Shown: positions 1 to 9,562 of the stretch, piece by piece
Position numbering within the stretch: position 1 is the first letter of the stretch
Layout: each line of letters starts with the position of its first letter
Origin: Myxococcota bacterium
GTDB taxonomy: Bacteria; Myxococcota_A; UBA796; SXON01
DNA length: 64,000 nucleotides
Direction of reading: 5' to 3'
Assembly: GCA_040386535.1 (NCBI GenBank)
Contig: JAZKFH010000003.1
Span: 160,001 to 224,000 of the forward strand
Translations under genes and position numbers: made by a program
Notes under the pieces: model-generated
The model's input: the letters and a program-made list of their open reading frames with translations, nothing else
Database searches by the model: none
What the model was told of the DNA's origin: nothing

Positions 1-42
1 TTTTGAGGTCCGCTACAACAACACGCCGCAGGATCCCGACGA

Positions 43-1356
43 ATGGCTCGGCGCACGCTGATTCCCCTGCGTCCCTGGCACCGGCGGGTCCTCCCGCTGA
101 CCATCGCGCTCGTGCTCGGCGTGTGCGCCGGGAGGGTGTCCGGAGCGGTTCGCGCCGCGGAGCAGCCTTACGCCGCGCTCGACGTGTTCGCCCGCGTCCT
201 GACGCAGATCACCGACGCCTATGTCGAGCCAATCCCGCAGCGGGACCTCGTGTACCACGCCCTCGACGGCATGGACAACGCCCTCGATGCCCACTCCCGC
301 TTCCTCGATCCCGAGTCGTTCCGGCGCCTCCGCGAGGAGTCGGATGGCCAGTTCGTCGGCATCGGCGCCCAGATGCGCCAGGAGCCCTGTGGGCTCGGCA
401 TCACCGCCGTCTTGACGCACGGGCCGGCCGAACGCGCGGGGATCGCGGCCGGGGATTGCATCGTGAGCGTCGATGGCGTCCCGCTCGCCGACCTTCCGCT
501 GGACGCCGCCCTCGCCACCGTGCGCGGACTGGAGGGCGCCGCCGTGACCCTCGATGTTCTACGGGGAGGCGTCACGCGCCCCATCGCGGTGTTGCGGTCC
601 CGCCTCGTCGAGGCGTCCGTGAACAGCGCCCTGTTCGCGCCGGGATGGGCCTACCTCCGCATCCGGCAGTTCCGCCAGGGCACCGCCGGCGACCTCGCCG
701 CGCAGGTCGCGGCGCTGGGCGCCACCACCCCCATCCGGGGCGCGGTCCTCGATTTGCGGGACAATCCCGGCGGCCGGCTCGACGAGGCCATCGCGACGAC
801 CGACCTGTTCCTGCGCGACGGGCGCATCGTGAGCACCCGCGGCCGGAGCGCCCAGCCGGACGACGTGCACGACGCCACCGCCTCCCGAAGCGACTGGGAC
901 TGGCCCCTCATCGTGCTCATCGACGGCCAGAGCGCGAGCGCCGCCGAGATAGTCGCCGGTGCGCTCCAGGACCGTCAACGCGCGCGGCTCGTCGGCGAGC
1001 CGAGCTACGGGAAGGGCTCGGTCCAGAGCGTCTTCGAGTATGAAGACGGGTCGGCGCTCAAGCTCACCATCGCGCGGTACTACCTGCCCTCGGGCCGCCC
1101 CATCGCGGACCACCGCGGGCTCCTGCCTGATGTGCCCGCGCCGGCGCCGAGCGCGCCAGGTGCCGCCCAGCTCCTCCGCGAGCGACTCGTCATCGTAAAC
1201 GGCCTCGCTGCGACAGACCGGGACCAGCTCCTCTCGCTGGCCGACCGCATCCCCGCCGAACCCCAGCGCGTGCCGATCGACTTTGCCGGCACGCTCGAGG
1301 CGCGGCTGGGCCGCGATCCGGCGCTCGCCCAGGCGTGGAAGCTCCTCCGCGAGTAG
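43..1356 (+). CDS. ctpA: S41 family carboxyl-terminal processing protease with PDZ domain
   Basis: Signal peptide; FVGIG PDZ entry; LDLRDNPGG, SASAAEI (catalytic Ser) and YGKGSVQ (catalytic Lys) motifs. Confidence 0.93.
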   Translation: MARRTLIPLRPWHRRVLPLTIALVLGVCAGRVSGAVRAAEQPYAALDVFARVLTQITDAYVEPIPQRDLVYHALDGMDNALDAHSRFLDPESFRRLREESDGQFVGIGAQMRQEPCGLGITAVLTHGPAERAGIAAGDCIVSVDGVPLADLPLDAALATVRGLEGAAVTLDVLRGGVTRPIAVLRSRLVEASVNSALFAPGWAYLRIRQFRQGTAGDLAAQVAALGATTPIRGAVLDLRDNPGGRLDEAIATTDLFLRDGRIVSTRGRSAQPDDVHDATASRSDWDWPLIVLIDGQSASAAEIVAGALQDRQRARLVGEPSYGKGSVQSVFEYEDGSALKLTIARYYLPSGRPIADHRGLLPDVPAPAPSAPGAAQLLRERLVIVNGLAATDRDQLLSLADRIPAEPQRVPIDFAGTLEARLGRDPALAQAWKLLRE

Positions 1357-1402
1357 CGCAGGAGCTTGGGAACAAGCATTTCGGCCGCAAGGCCAAGCGG
1401 CG

Positions 1403-1450
1403 CGCCTACTCGGCGATACGCCTACTCGGCAATGCGCTTACTCGGCAATG
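1403..1450. repeat. Three tandem 16-bp repeats overlapping the stop codon of the adjacent gene
   Basis: cgcctactcggcgata / cgcctactcggcaatg / cgcttactcggcaatg at 1403, 1419 and 1435. Confidence 0.9.
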
Positions 1451-1869
1451 CGGAAGTGGTACGGGTCCGACTCGCCGCCGTCCGGCGAAAACGCCACGTT
1501 CTGCGCGTAGTCCACAGCCTCGATGTAGTAGTCGACGCCACCCCCACGGTGGTCGTCACCCGGGATGGTACCGCTGTACACGTCGCCACTCGCGGGGGGC
1601 ATGGGGATCTTCTTCCAATCCGAGGCCCCGTCGACCTCGTTCTTGTAGTGCAGCTCGACGTACGCGACCTGCCCATCGAGGTCGGTCACCGTCGCCTGAA
1701 TGGCGATGTCGGCTCCGAAGGTCTGGGTGCCGGTCACCGCCTCGTGAACGATGATCGGTGGTTCCTCGTCCGGCTCTTCCTCAACAGGCTTGTCCTTGTT
1801 GGGGTCGACGACGGTGGGATCGTCGGCATTACAACCCACCAGCAAGGCGAAGGCGAACACGCTCAGCAT
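1438..1869 (-). CDS. Putative lipoprotein with Ig-like beta-sandwich domain
   Basis: ATG 1869; MLSVFAFALLVGC lipobox; acidic linker; beta-rich ATVTD..VELHYK..YSGTIPG..YYIEAVD pattern. Confidence 0.7.
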   Translation of the reverse strand: MLSVFAFALLVGCNADDPTVVDPNKDKPVEEEPDEEPPIIVHEAVTGTQTFGADIAIQATVTDLDGQVAYVELHYKNEVDGASDWKKIPMPPASGDVYSGTIPGDDHRGGGVDYYIEAVDYAQNVAFSPDGGESDPYHFRIAE

Positions 1870-1913
1870 CTGTTTGTCTCCTGAACCACTGTGCCGCCTA
1901 AACGGACCGATCG

Positions 1914-2474
1914 TCAACGTGCCGGTGTGGCGCCCTTCTGAACAACGAGGCGGTACGTCGTGAACTCGGCCTTGCCCGCGTGGTAGAGCACATTCGAGAT
2001 GAGATCGTACGGCGTGTCCTGATCGGCGATGATCATGACGTCCCCGTTGAACGGGCTGCCACCACCCTGGGCGATGTACTTGATGTCCGACACACGTGCC
2101 GTGAGCGCTTGCGCCAGCGGGGCGTAGGCGGACTTGGGGTCCGCGGTGTCGATCTGGCCGCCGGGCAGGAGCCGCAGCGCAAGCTTCTGATCCACCAGGA
2201 TCGAAGACTTGGAGATGAGGATGCTCACCGACGGGACCATGTTCGTGGGCGCCGTGCTGGACGGCGGACGGAGATCGTCGTTGAGCGTGATGCTCTCCGG
2301 CGAATCCGCGTAGACCTTGATCAGGTACACGAGCAGGATGGTGAAGATGTCCATCATCGCGGTCAGGTTGAGCCCGACGATCATGCCATCGTCGTGCTTT
2401 TTCTTCTTCTTCATGAAGAGGAAGTCGTCGTCCGAGCTCGTGCTCGGCTCGACGTTCTCGGCCGGGCTGCTCAT
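1914..2474 (-). CDS. ExbD/TolR family protein (AglS-like)
   Basis: TM segment LNLTAMMDIFTILLVYL with conserved Asp; C-terminal IIADQDTPYDLI motif. Confidence 0.88.
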   Translation of the reverse strand: MSSPAENVEPSTSSDDDFLFMKKKKKHDDGMIVGLNLTAMMDIFTILLVYLIKVYADSPESITLNDDLRPPSSTAPTNMVPSVSILISKSSILVDQKLALRLLPGGQIDTADPKSAYAPLAQALTARVSDIKYIAQGGGSPFNGDVMIIADQDTPYDLISNVLYHAGKAEFTTYRLVVQKGATPAR

Positions 2475-2932
2475 TGGACCGCCAGGCTCAGGGTGACACC
2501 GGGGAACAACGCTCCGTTGGCATCCGTCCGGGCGGCGTCCATCGTAGCGATGAGGTCGGAGTAGGGCACACTTCCGTCCGCCGTGAGGACCATGTTTTCG
2601 GCCACCACGTATTGGGTCTTGTAGTTCCGAAGCAGCTGCGTGAGCTCCTCGAACGGATACTTGCCGTCCAGCTTCTCCAGCTTCGCCGAAGGCACCTCCT
2701 CGGTGCTGCCGAGGAGGTTGAAGCCCGTGGTGCTGATTGCCACCGTCAGGTACGGCTTCGGCTTGTCAGTTTCGCCAGCCCTCGGCCCCGACACGTACGA
2801 CGGAGCCAGAACGGGTGCCTGCCGCAGCTCGATGATGTAGGCCGTCACCACGAGCATGAACATGATGAGATTGACCATGATGTCCATGTAGGGCACCAGG
2901 TTCAGGTCTTGCTCGCCGCCGCCTCCAGCCAT
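2471..2932 (-). CDS. ExbD/TolR family protein (AglQ-like paralog)
   Basis: TM segment LNLVPYMDIMVNLIMFML with conserved Asp; ADGSVPYSDLIATMDAAR; ATGA overlap with next gene. Confidence 0.88.
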   Translation of the reverse strand: MAGGGGEQDLNLVPYMDIMVNLIMFMLVVTAYIIELRQAPVLAPSYVSGPRAGETDKPKPYLTVAISTTGFNLLGSTEEVPSAKLEKLDGKYPFEELTQLLRNYKTQYVVAENMVLTADGSVPYSDLIATMDAARTDANGALFPGVTLSLAVQ

Positions 2933-2935
2933 GGG

Positions 2936-3613
2936 TCAGCGCGCTCCCTGTGCCTGGGCACCCGCGCCAGTCTCGGGGGGCTTGTAGCCCTTCCGCCACT
3001 GGGCATGCACATTCACGAAGTGGAACAGCGCGTGCTCGGCGCGTTCCACGGTCTTGGAGGCCTGGTTGTTGAGGACCAGGTGCGCGGCGATGCAGAACAC
3101 CGCGATGGAGAGCCCGAACGCGGTGTTGTTCATCGCCTCGGAGATGCCGCGGGCGAGCGCGGCGGCCTTCTGGTCCTGCTGGACCGCGGCGGTGGCCTTG
3201 AAGGCCTTGATGAGACCGAAGATGGTCCCGACCAGCCCGATGAGCGTGGCGATGTTGGCGATCGCCCACAGCCAGCTGACCCGCGCCATGACGAGGGGCC
3301 GCACTTCGAGCATGGCCTCTTCGACGGCCATGAGCGGACTTTCATAGCCATTACGCATGAGCTTGAGGAGGCTGCGCGTGGCCCGGGACAGGGCCCGCTC
3401 GGGCGCGGAGGCGCAAACCTTGGCGGCGGCTTCGATGTTGCCTGCCTGCAGGTTGCGGTCGACAGCCGCCACGAACGGCTTCTCGTTCATGCGGTACCGA
3501 GCAAAGAGAGAGAAGAACCTCTCGATGACCACGGCCAGGGAGATCACCACCATGGCGAGGTTGATCAACATGAATTCTCCACCCTCGTGGAAGAACAGCA
3601 GTACTCCGTCCAT
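2936..3613 (-). CDS. MotA/TolQ/ExbB proton channel (AglR-like paralog)
   Basis: ATLIGLVGTIFGLI and GISEAMNNTAFGL TM motifs. Confidence 0.92.
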   Translation of the reverse strand: MDGVLLFFHEGGEFMLINLAMVVISLAVVIERFFSLFARYRMNEKPFVAAVDRNLQAGNIEAAAKVCASAPERALSRATRSLLKLMRNGYESPLMAVEEAMLEVRPLVMARVSWLWAIANIATLIGLVGTIFGLIKAFKATAAVQQDQKAAALARGISEAMNNTAFGLSIAVFCIAAHLVLNNQASKTVERAEHALFHFVNVHAQWRKGYKPPETGAGAQAQGAR

Positions 3614-3943
3614 GAACTCTCCGTCCGAGTGTCTACGCTGCGATGCGCGTGAGCCGAGTGAGGGGGGCGAGACTCCGAGGGGGAGCCTGTTGTAGTGACG
3701 ACCGAGGGGATGGTAACGCGGCGCCCGGCCAACCCGGAATGCGCGCTGAGCTTATCACATCGCTCGACGTAGGCTTACCGAGGCGGGCGCGTGGGGTTCG
3801 AGCGCCTCTCCGCTTCCGTGAGGAAGCGCAAGGTTCCTCCCACGCACCTCACGATGTCAAGCCACTGTGAGCGCCCTCCCCCCGCCACTCGGCGAGGGCC
3901 GGACGCCCTGGCGCGCCCACCGGTCGGGCGCCCGGGCCTCTCG

Positions 3944-5290
3944 TCAGACCGCGGGGCTGTCGAGCACGTCGCCCACGAGATCGTGGGGGGCCGCGCGCGT
4001 GATGCGCACCTGGCGGAATTGGCCGGCCCGCACGTCGGGGCCCACCTCGGACAGGTAGACCAACCCATCGACGTCCGGCGCCTGGGTGGCGAGCCGCCCC
4101 ACCAACACCAGCTCGCTCTCCTTGCTCGGACCGTCCACGAGCACGGTGAGCTCTTTGCCGACGAGGGCCTTGTGCTTGCGGCGACTGATGTCGGCCTGGA
4201 GCTTCATCAGCTCCTTCTGCCGGGCCATCTTGACCTTCTCCTCGACCTGACCCGGGAGGGTGGCGGCCGGGGTGCCGTCCTCCTGGAAATAAGTGAAGAC
4301 GCCGACGCGCTCGAACGCCTGGCTGCCGACGAAGTCACGGAGGACCGCGAAGTCGGAATCGGTTTCGCCGGGAAAGCCGACGATGAACGTGGTCCGGATC
4401 GCGATGTCCGGCACGAAGCGTCGCACGCGCTCGAGGATGCGCTCCTGTCCTTCCCGCGTCACGCCGCGCCGCATCGCCTTCAACATCGGGCCGCTCGCGT
4501 GCTGGAGCGGCATGTCGAGGTACGGCACCACCTTCTCCTCCTCGGCGATCGCCCGCAGCAGGCTCTCCGGGAGGCCGATCGGGTACGCGTAGTGCAGGCG
4601 GACCCAACGGATGCCGTCGACCCGGGCGAGCGCGCGCAACAACATGCCGAGATCGCTACCGTCGTTCAGATCGCGACCGTACGCGGTCGAGTCCTGGGAG
4701 ACGAGGTTGATCTCGACGACACCCTGCTCGGCGAGGCGCCGGGCCTCGGTCACCAGCGACGCGATCGTGCGGGAGCGCATCTTTCCGCGGAGCGTGGGGA
4801 TGATGCAGAAGGCGCAGCGATGATCACACCCCTCGGAGATCTTGAGGTACGCCGAGTGCGGCAACCACGAGTTGATCCGCGGCGACAGCTCGTCGTGGAT
4901 GTAGAGCGGCGTGTCGACGAACGAGCGCGGCGCCTGCCCCTCGCGGGCCAGGAGCACCTCGTCGATGCGGTGGTACTCGCCCGTTCCCAGGAAGTGGTCG
5001 ACCTCGGGGAGTTCGTCCTCGAGAGACCGGCCGAAGCGCTGCACCATGCACCCGGTGACGACGAGCTTCTTGCAGGTCCCCGCCCGCTTGTGCCCCGCCA
5101 TCTCGAGCACCGTGTCGATGCTCTCCTCCGTGGCGGGCTGGATGAACGAGCAGGTGTTGACCACGATCACGTCGGCCAGCGCGGGATCGTCAACGAGCTC
5201 GAAGGGCCCGGCCTGAAGCTTCCCGACCATGACCTCGGAGTCGACCCGGTTCTTGGGGCAGCCAAGGCTGATCAGATGTACACGTTCCAT
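3944..5290 (-). CDS. rimO: Ribosomal protein S12 methylthiotransferase
   Basis: SLGCPKNRVDSE, NTCSFI, CDHRCAFC radical SAM motif, C-terminal TRAM domain (APDVDG). Confidence 0.96.
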   Translation of the reverse strand: MERVHLISLGCPKNRVDSEVMVGKLQAGPFELVDDPALADVIVVNTCSFIQPATEESIDTVLEMAGHKRAGTCKKLVVTGCMVQRFGRSLEDELPEVDHFLGTGEYHRIDEVLLAREGQAPRSFVDTPLYIHDELSPRINSWLPHSAYLKISEGCDHRCAFCIIPTLRGKMRSRTIASLVTEARRLAEQGVVEINLVSQDSTAYGRDLNDGSDLGMLLRALARVDGIRWVRLHYAYPIGLPESLLRAIAEEEKVVPYLDMPLQHASGPMLKAMRRGVTREGQERILERVRRFVPDIAIRTTFIVGFPGETDSDFAVLRDFVGSQAFERVGVFTYFQEDGTPAATLPGQVEEKVKMARQKELMKLQADISRRKHKALVGKELTVLVDGPSKESELVLVGRLATQAPDVDGLVYLSEVGPDVRAGQFRQVRITRAAPHDLVGDVLDSPAV

Positions 5291-5294
5291 TTTT

Positions 5295-5987
5295 CTACAT
5301 TGCCCCGGTCTTGACCACCTTGACGCCCGGAGGCGCCACGAACGTGAACTCAGCGTCAGGAATGTCCTGGTTCATGCGTACGGCGGTGAAATTCATTTCG
5401 GTCACGTCGTCGAGCTGGTTCACCAGCACGAGGTCCTGCAACACGTACTTCTGCTTGCTCAAGGTGAGCTGGATGGACTTGAAGGCGCCGGGGGTCTTCG
5501 GCACGAGTTGCACCGTCACCGAGGCCTTGCCGGGCTTCTCGGGGAGCAGCGTGACGTTGAACAGCTCGCCGAGCCGGCCCAGATCCTCGAGCAGGAACTC
5601 CATCCCGGAGCCCCCGGAAAGCTCGGGCATCACCGTGACCTGCTTGTCCTTGGCGATGTAGATCCACATCGTCTTGCCGTCGCTCACGTAGGTCTGCGTG
5701 ACCGGAAACCCCATGTCGACCCGCATCTTTCGCGGGCGCTCGAGCGCGATCTTTCCGCGCTGGCGGACTTCGGTGCCCATGGCCTTGCTGCGGTCGACCT
5801 GTGTGAATTCGGCCCGAATGCTCGTGGCCGTCCCGTAGATCTGCTCCACCGCCTCGATCACCTCCGGCAAGGTCGCCGGGGCGGCGGCCTGGGTCGGTGT
5901 CCCGGCGGGCGCCGGCGTCGGATTCGCGCGCGCCACGGGCACCGTGAGCGCCAATCCCAGGAGCAAGGCCGTGAACTTCTTGGACAT
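5295..5987 (-). CDS. lolA: Outer membrane lipoprotein carrier protein
   Basis: Signal peptide; AEFTQ, ERPRKMR, VSDGKTMWIY, FTFVAPPGVKVV; between ftsK and rimO. Start may be 5993. Confidence 0.88.
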   Translation of the reverse strand: MSKKFTALLLGLALTVPVARANPTPAPAGTPTQAAAPATLPEVIEAVEQIYGTATSIRAEFTQVDRSKAMGTEVRQRGKIALERPRKMRVDMGFPVTQTYVSDGKTMWIYIAKDKQVTVMPELSGGSGMEFLLEDLGRLGELFNVTLLPEKPGKASVTVQLVPKTPGAFKSIQLTLSKQKYVLQDLVLVNQLDDVTEMNFTAVRMNQDIPDAEFTFVAPPGVKVVKTGAM

Positions 5988-6104
5988 ACCCACACGAACC
6001 TCTCTTCGGGACCCGGCTTCTACCGCGGTCCCCGGTGCATCGCAACAGCGGTTCCGGGCACCAACCCCGCGTGTGGATTGCTGCTTCCGACCGACGAGCC
6101 GAAT

Positions 6105-9100
6105 CTATAGTTGTCCGACCAGCACTTCGCGCGGGCGAGCGCCATCCGCGGGCCCGACCACGCCTTCACGTTCCATGGTCTCCACGATGTTGGCGGCGCG
6201 GTTGTAGCCGATCCCGAGGTGCCGCTGGAGCATCGACGTGGAGATCTTGCCCTTGGAGATCGCCATCTCGACCGCCTCGTCGTACTTCTCGTCGTACTCG
6301 GCGGGCGGCGTGTCGCTCTCTTCGCCGTCCTCCGTCGAGGAGATGCGAAGGTCGTACTTGGGCGTTCCCTGGGCCCGGAGGAAGTCGCCCACCCGGTGCA
6401 CCTCGTCCTCGGAGAGGAAAGGCGCGTGGATGCGGACGAGGTCCGAGGTGCCGGGGCGGAGGAACAACAGGTCGCCCTTGCCGAGAAGGGTCTCGGCGCC
6501 GTTCTGGTCGAGGATGACGCGGCTGTCGAGGCCGCTCCTCACCTGATACGCCAAGCTGGCTGGCATATTCGCCTTGATGAGGCCCGTGATCACGTCCCGC
6601 CGCGGGGTCTGGGTCGCCACGATGAGGTGGATGCCGGCCGCGCGGGCCTTTGCCACGATGCGGGCGATGCTGGCCTCCACGTCGCTGGAGGCGACCATCA
6701 TCAGGTCCGCCAGCTCGTCGATGACGATGACGATGAACGGGAACCGCTTCGGGATCGGGAGCAGCTCGCCGTCCGGCCAGTCCTTGGGCGCGTAGGACCT
6801 CGCCTTCTCCTGCGTCCAGTCCTGGAGCTCCTTGTCCACCTTCTGGTTGTAGGTGTCGATGTGGCGGGTCTGCCAGCGGGCCATGATCTTGTACCGCTCG
6901 TCCATCTCGGTGCACGCCCACTTGAGGACGGCGGAGGCGAACTTCGGCTCGGTCACGACGGGGTGGAGCAGGTGGGGGATGTCCTCGTAGAGCGCGAACT
7001 CGAGCATCTTCGGATCGATGAGGATCATCCGGAGCTCGTCCGGCGTGCGCATGTAGAGCATGCTCACCAGCATCGCGTTCACGCCCACGCTCTTGCCGGA
7101 GCCCGTGGTGCCGCCGACGAGGAGGTGCGGCATCTTCGCGAGATCGGTGACGAAGGGCCGCCCCTCGATGTCCTTGCCCAGGATCATCGGGAGCGTGCGG
7201 TCGCCGTTCCGGAACTCGGCGGAGGCGAACACGTCGCGCGCCCACACGGTCTGACGCTTCTCGTTCGGGATCTCGATGCCGACGCAGCCACGGCCCGGGA
7301 TGGGCGCGACGATGCGGACGGAGATGGCCTTGAGCGCCATCTTCAGGTTGTCCGAGAGGTTGGCGATGCGGGAGAGCTTCACGCCGGCGGCGGGCTCGTA
7401 CTCGAACATCGTGATGACGGGCCCGGGCCGGATGGCGGTGACCCTCCCGTCCACGCCGAACTCGCCGAGCGTGTCCGTGAGGCGACGCGCCATGGCATGC
7501 AACACGGCCTCGTCGGTGCCGCCGATGACGGGCGGGTGATCGTCGAGGAGCGAGAGCGGGGGCAGCTGGTAGGGCGTCGAGGTCGCGCGGACGGCGCGGC
7601 CGTCGTCCCCGGCACCGCCGCTCTTGAGGTTGCCGGGCAGCACGGTGACACCGTCCCCCGAGGGGCGCGGCGTGCGCCGCCCCGTGGGCGCGACCCGCGC
7701 GGTGCCGGTGCCCGCCACGACCCGCTCCGGCGGCGGCATGCGGATGGGCTCGGGCGCCACGAACGCGACGGCCTGGCGGTCCTCGGGGTGCCCCATCACC
7801 GGCTCGTGGTCGGGCATGTCGTCGAGCGGCTCGTCCAGCGGCTCATCGTACTGCGGCTCGTCGTCCGCCACAGAGGGCGGATCGGCCCACTCGACCGGCG
7901 CCGGCACGCTCCGCGGCGGCACGATCGGCGCGGGGGCGTGCGCGACGGGCTCTCGCGGCGGCGCGATGGAGGCGGGCTCCACGTCGTCGCGGAACAGGAT
8001 CGGCGCGCGTTCCTCCCTGAGGTCGGGCGGGGCCTCGGGACGGCGGGCGACCGGAGTCCCCTCCCCTCTCGGACGCGCGACGGGCGGGACGGAGGGAGCC
8101 TCCTCGGGCAGATCGGCCGCCCACCCGACCACGGGCGAAGGGACGCGCGCGGGAGCGGGCTCGGGGCGGGCGGCGACGGGCGTGGGCCGACCAACCTCGG
8201 ACGGAGTCGCCGCGCGGGTCACCGGGGCCGGCATGCCGCCCCGGAGGTGTGCCGGCAACGCGAGGTTGGGGGGCGTCGACGCCGGCTCGGCGCGACGGCC
8301 GGTGCTGGTCGCCTCCCACTCCACCTCGACGAGCGTGCGCCCGCCGACCTTGGTGGGGGCGTCCCGATCGGGATCCCCCGTCGTCACGGCCACCGGCGGG
8401 GCTGGCGGCGCCTTCCGGGCGGACCACACGCTCGGGAGCTCGGGACCCGGATCGGGGAGCTCCTCGGGGACGCGGCGCACGTCCGCGGCCCGGCGCACGG
8501 CCGGTTCGGGCGCGCGACGCACCAACGCGGCGGGTGCGGCGGCGGGCTCCGGGAGGGCCTGGCGGGCCGCGGCGCCCGTCGTGGGGTGCCCGATCTCGAT
8601 CCCGTCGTCTTCGTACTCCTCCTCGTCCGCGCGCTCGTCGTCGTTCGCCTCGTCACCGCGCATGCGGTCGCGCAAGGCATCGAGCCCGGCGCCGCCGACG
8701 CGGAGGGACGCACGCACGGCGCCGAAGCCGAGGGCGCCGACTCCGCGCACGGCAGCGGGTGTGCCCCGTTGCACCTGGTCCACGGCGCGCTCGGCGAGGG
8801 GCTGCCAATTGATACGAAACAACACCGTGGCGGCGGCGAGGAGCCCGGTCATCACCACCAGCCCCGCGCCGACGCGCCCGAGCTGGGCGGCGATCGCCTC
8901 GGAGAGAAGCAGGCCGACCACGCCGCCCGGGGGGAACGAAGAGGTGTGTCCCATCACGCCGGTGAGCGCCAGGGAGAGCGCGGCCGCCAGAAGGACGAAC
9001 CCCGCGCCCGACACCATCGTGCTGAACCACCCGCCCACGGGCCGCCCGGCGAGCCGGAGCGCGAACGCCGCGCCCACCACCAGGGCACACCATGCCGCGT

Positions 9101-9470
9101 AGCCGAAGGCCTGGAGAAGGACGTCGGCGAGGTACGCGCCCGCGGGGCCCATGAGGTTGGCCGTGTCGGAGCTGCCAGCCACGGAGCCCGAGACGTCGTG
9201 CGCGTCGTAGCTGGCCAGCGCCACCAGCGTGAAGGCGCAGGCCGCTAGCCCGACGAGCAGGAACACCTGGCGAGCGGCGCCAGTGTTGAGGGCGGCCGGG
9301 AACGCGGTCGGGAACGCGCCGGCGCCCGCGCCGTTGGGCTTCTTCCGCTTCGCGGTCCCCGTGGCCCTCGGCCGCGGCACCGGCAGGCTCGCGCTCGACT
9401 TTGCCGGGCTCTCGGGCCCGCCGCCAGAGCGGTCACTACCGGAGGAACTGCTGTTTCGCACGCGTGCCAT
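6105..9470 (-). CDS. ftsK: DNA translocase FtsK
   Basis: N-terminal TM domain, long Pro/Ala linker, GTTGSGKS Walker A, IDELADLM Walker B, gamma domain LQRHLGIGYNRAA. Confidence 0.96.
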   Translation of the reverse strand: MARVRNSSSSGSDRSGGGPESPAKSSASLPVPRPRATGTAKRKKPNGAGAGAFPTAFPAALNTGAARQVFLLVGLAACAFTLVALASYDAHDVSGSVAGSSDTANLMGPAGAYLADVLLQAFGYAAWCALVVGAAFALRLAGRPVGGWFSTMVSGAGFVLLAAALSLALTGVMGHTSSFPPGGVVGLLLSEAIAAQLGRVGAGLVVMTGLLAAATVLFRINWQPLAERAVDQVQRGTPAAVRGVGALGFGAVRASLRVGGAGLDALRDRMRGDEANDDERADEEEYEDDGIEIGHPTTGAAARQALPEPAAAPAALVRRAPEPAVRRAADVRRVPEELPDPGPELPSVWSARKAPPAPPVAVTTGDPDRDAPTKVGGRTLVEVEWEATSTGRRAEPASTPPNLALPAHLRGGMPAPVTRAATPSEVGRPTPVAARPEPAPARVPSPVVGWAADLPEEAPSVPPVARPRGEGTPVARRPEAPPDLREERAPILFRDDVEPASIAPPREPVAHAPAPIVPPRSVPAPVEWADPPSVADDEPQYDEPLDEPLDDMPDHEPVMGHPEDRQAVAFVAPEPIRMPPPERVVAGTGTARVAPTGRRTPRPSGDGVTVLPGNLKSGGAGDDGRAVRATSTPYQLPPLSLLDDHPPVIGGTDEAVLHAMARRLTDTLGEFGVDGRVTAIRPGPVITMFEYEPAAGVKLSRIANLSDNLKMALKAISVRIVAPIPGRGCVGIEIPNEKRQTVWARDVFASAEFRNGDRTLPMILGKDIEGRPFVTDLAKMPHLLVGGTTGSGKSVGVNAMLVSMLYMRTPDELRMILIDPKMLEFALYEDIPHLLHPVVTEPKFASAVLKWACTEMDERYKIMARWQTRHIDTYNQKVDKELQDWTQEKARSYAPKDWPDGELLPIPKRFPFIVIVIDELADLMMVASSDVEASIARIVAKARAAGIHLIVATQTPRRDVITGLIKANMPASLAYQVRSGLDSRVILDQNGAETLLGKGDLLFLRPGTSDLVRIHAPFLSEDEVHRVGDFLRAQGTPKYDLRISSTEDGEESDTPPAEYDEKYDEAVEMAISKGKISTSMLQRHLGIGYNRAANIVETMEREGVVGPADGARPREVLVGQL

Positions 9471-9487
9471 GGAGCCTCGTCCGCGCC

Positions 9488-9516
9488 ATGGTACCCCCTT
9501 CCCCTTGACGCGTCAT
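9488..9516 (-). promoter_or_regulatory. Putative sigma70-type promoter of ftsK
   Basis: ATGACG-N17-TACCAT on minus strand, ending 17 bp before the ftsK ATG; contains palindrome TGACGCGTCA (9506-9515). Confidence 0.5.
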
Positions 9517-9562
9517 CCCCGAGGCTGACCCTGCCCGGAGGATCCACCGCGTAAGCAACAGC

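Noticed and set aside
3614..3870. Possible c-di-GMP riboswitch ahead of the motor genes
   Set aside because: The GEMM-I core elements could not be found in order on the coding strand
6111..9248. 1045-aa plus-strand ORF and similar long ORFs (17325-20825, 21056-23293, 25824-27968, 59068-61089)
   Set aside because: Antisense shadows of well-supported genes; long stop-free frames are expected at this GC content and carry no motifs
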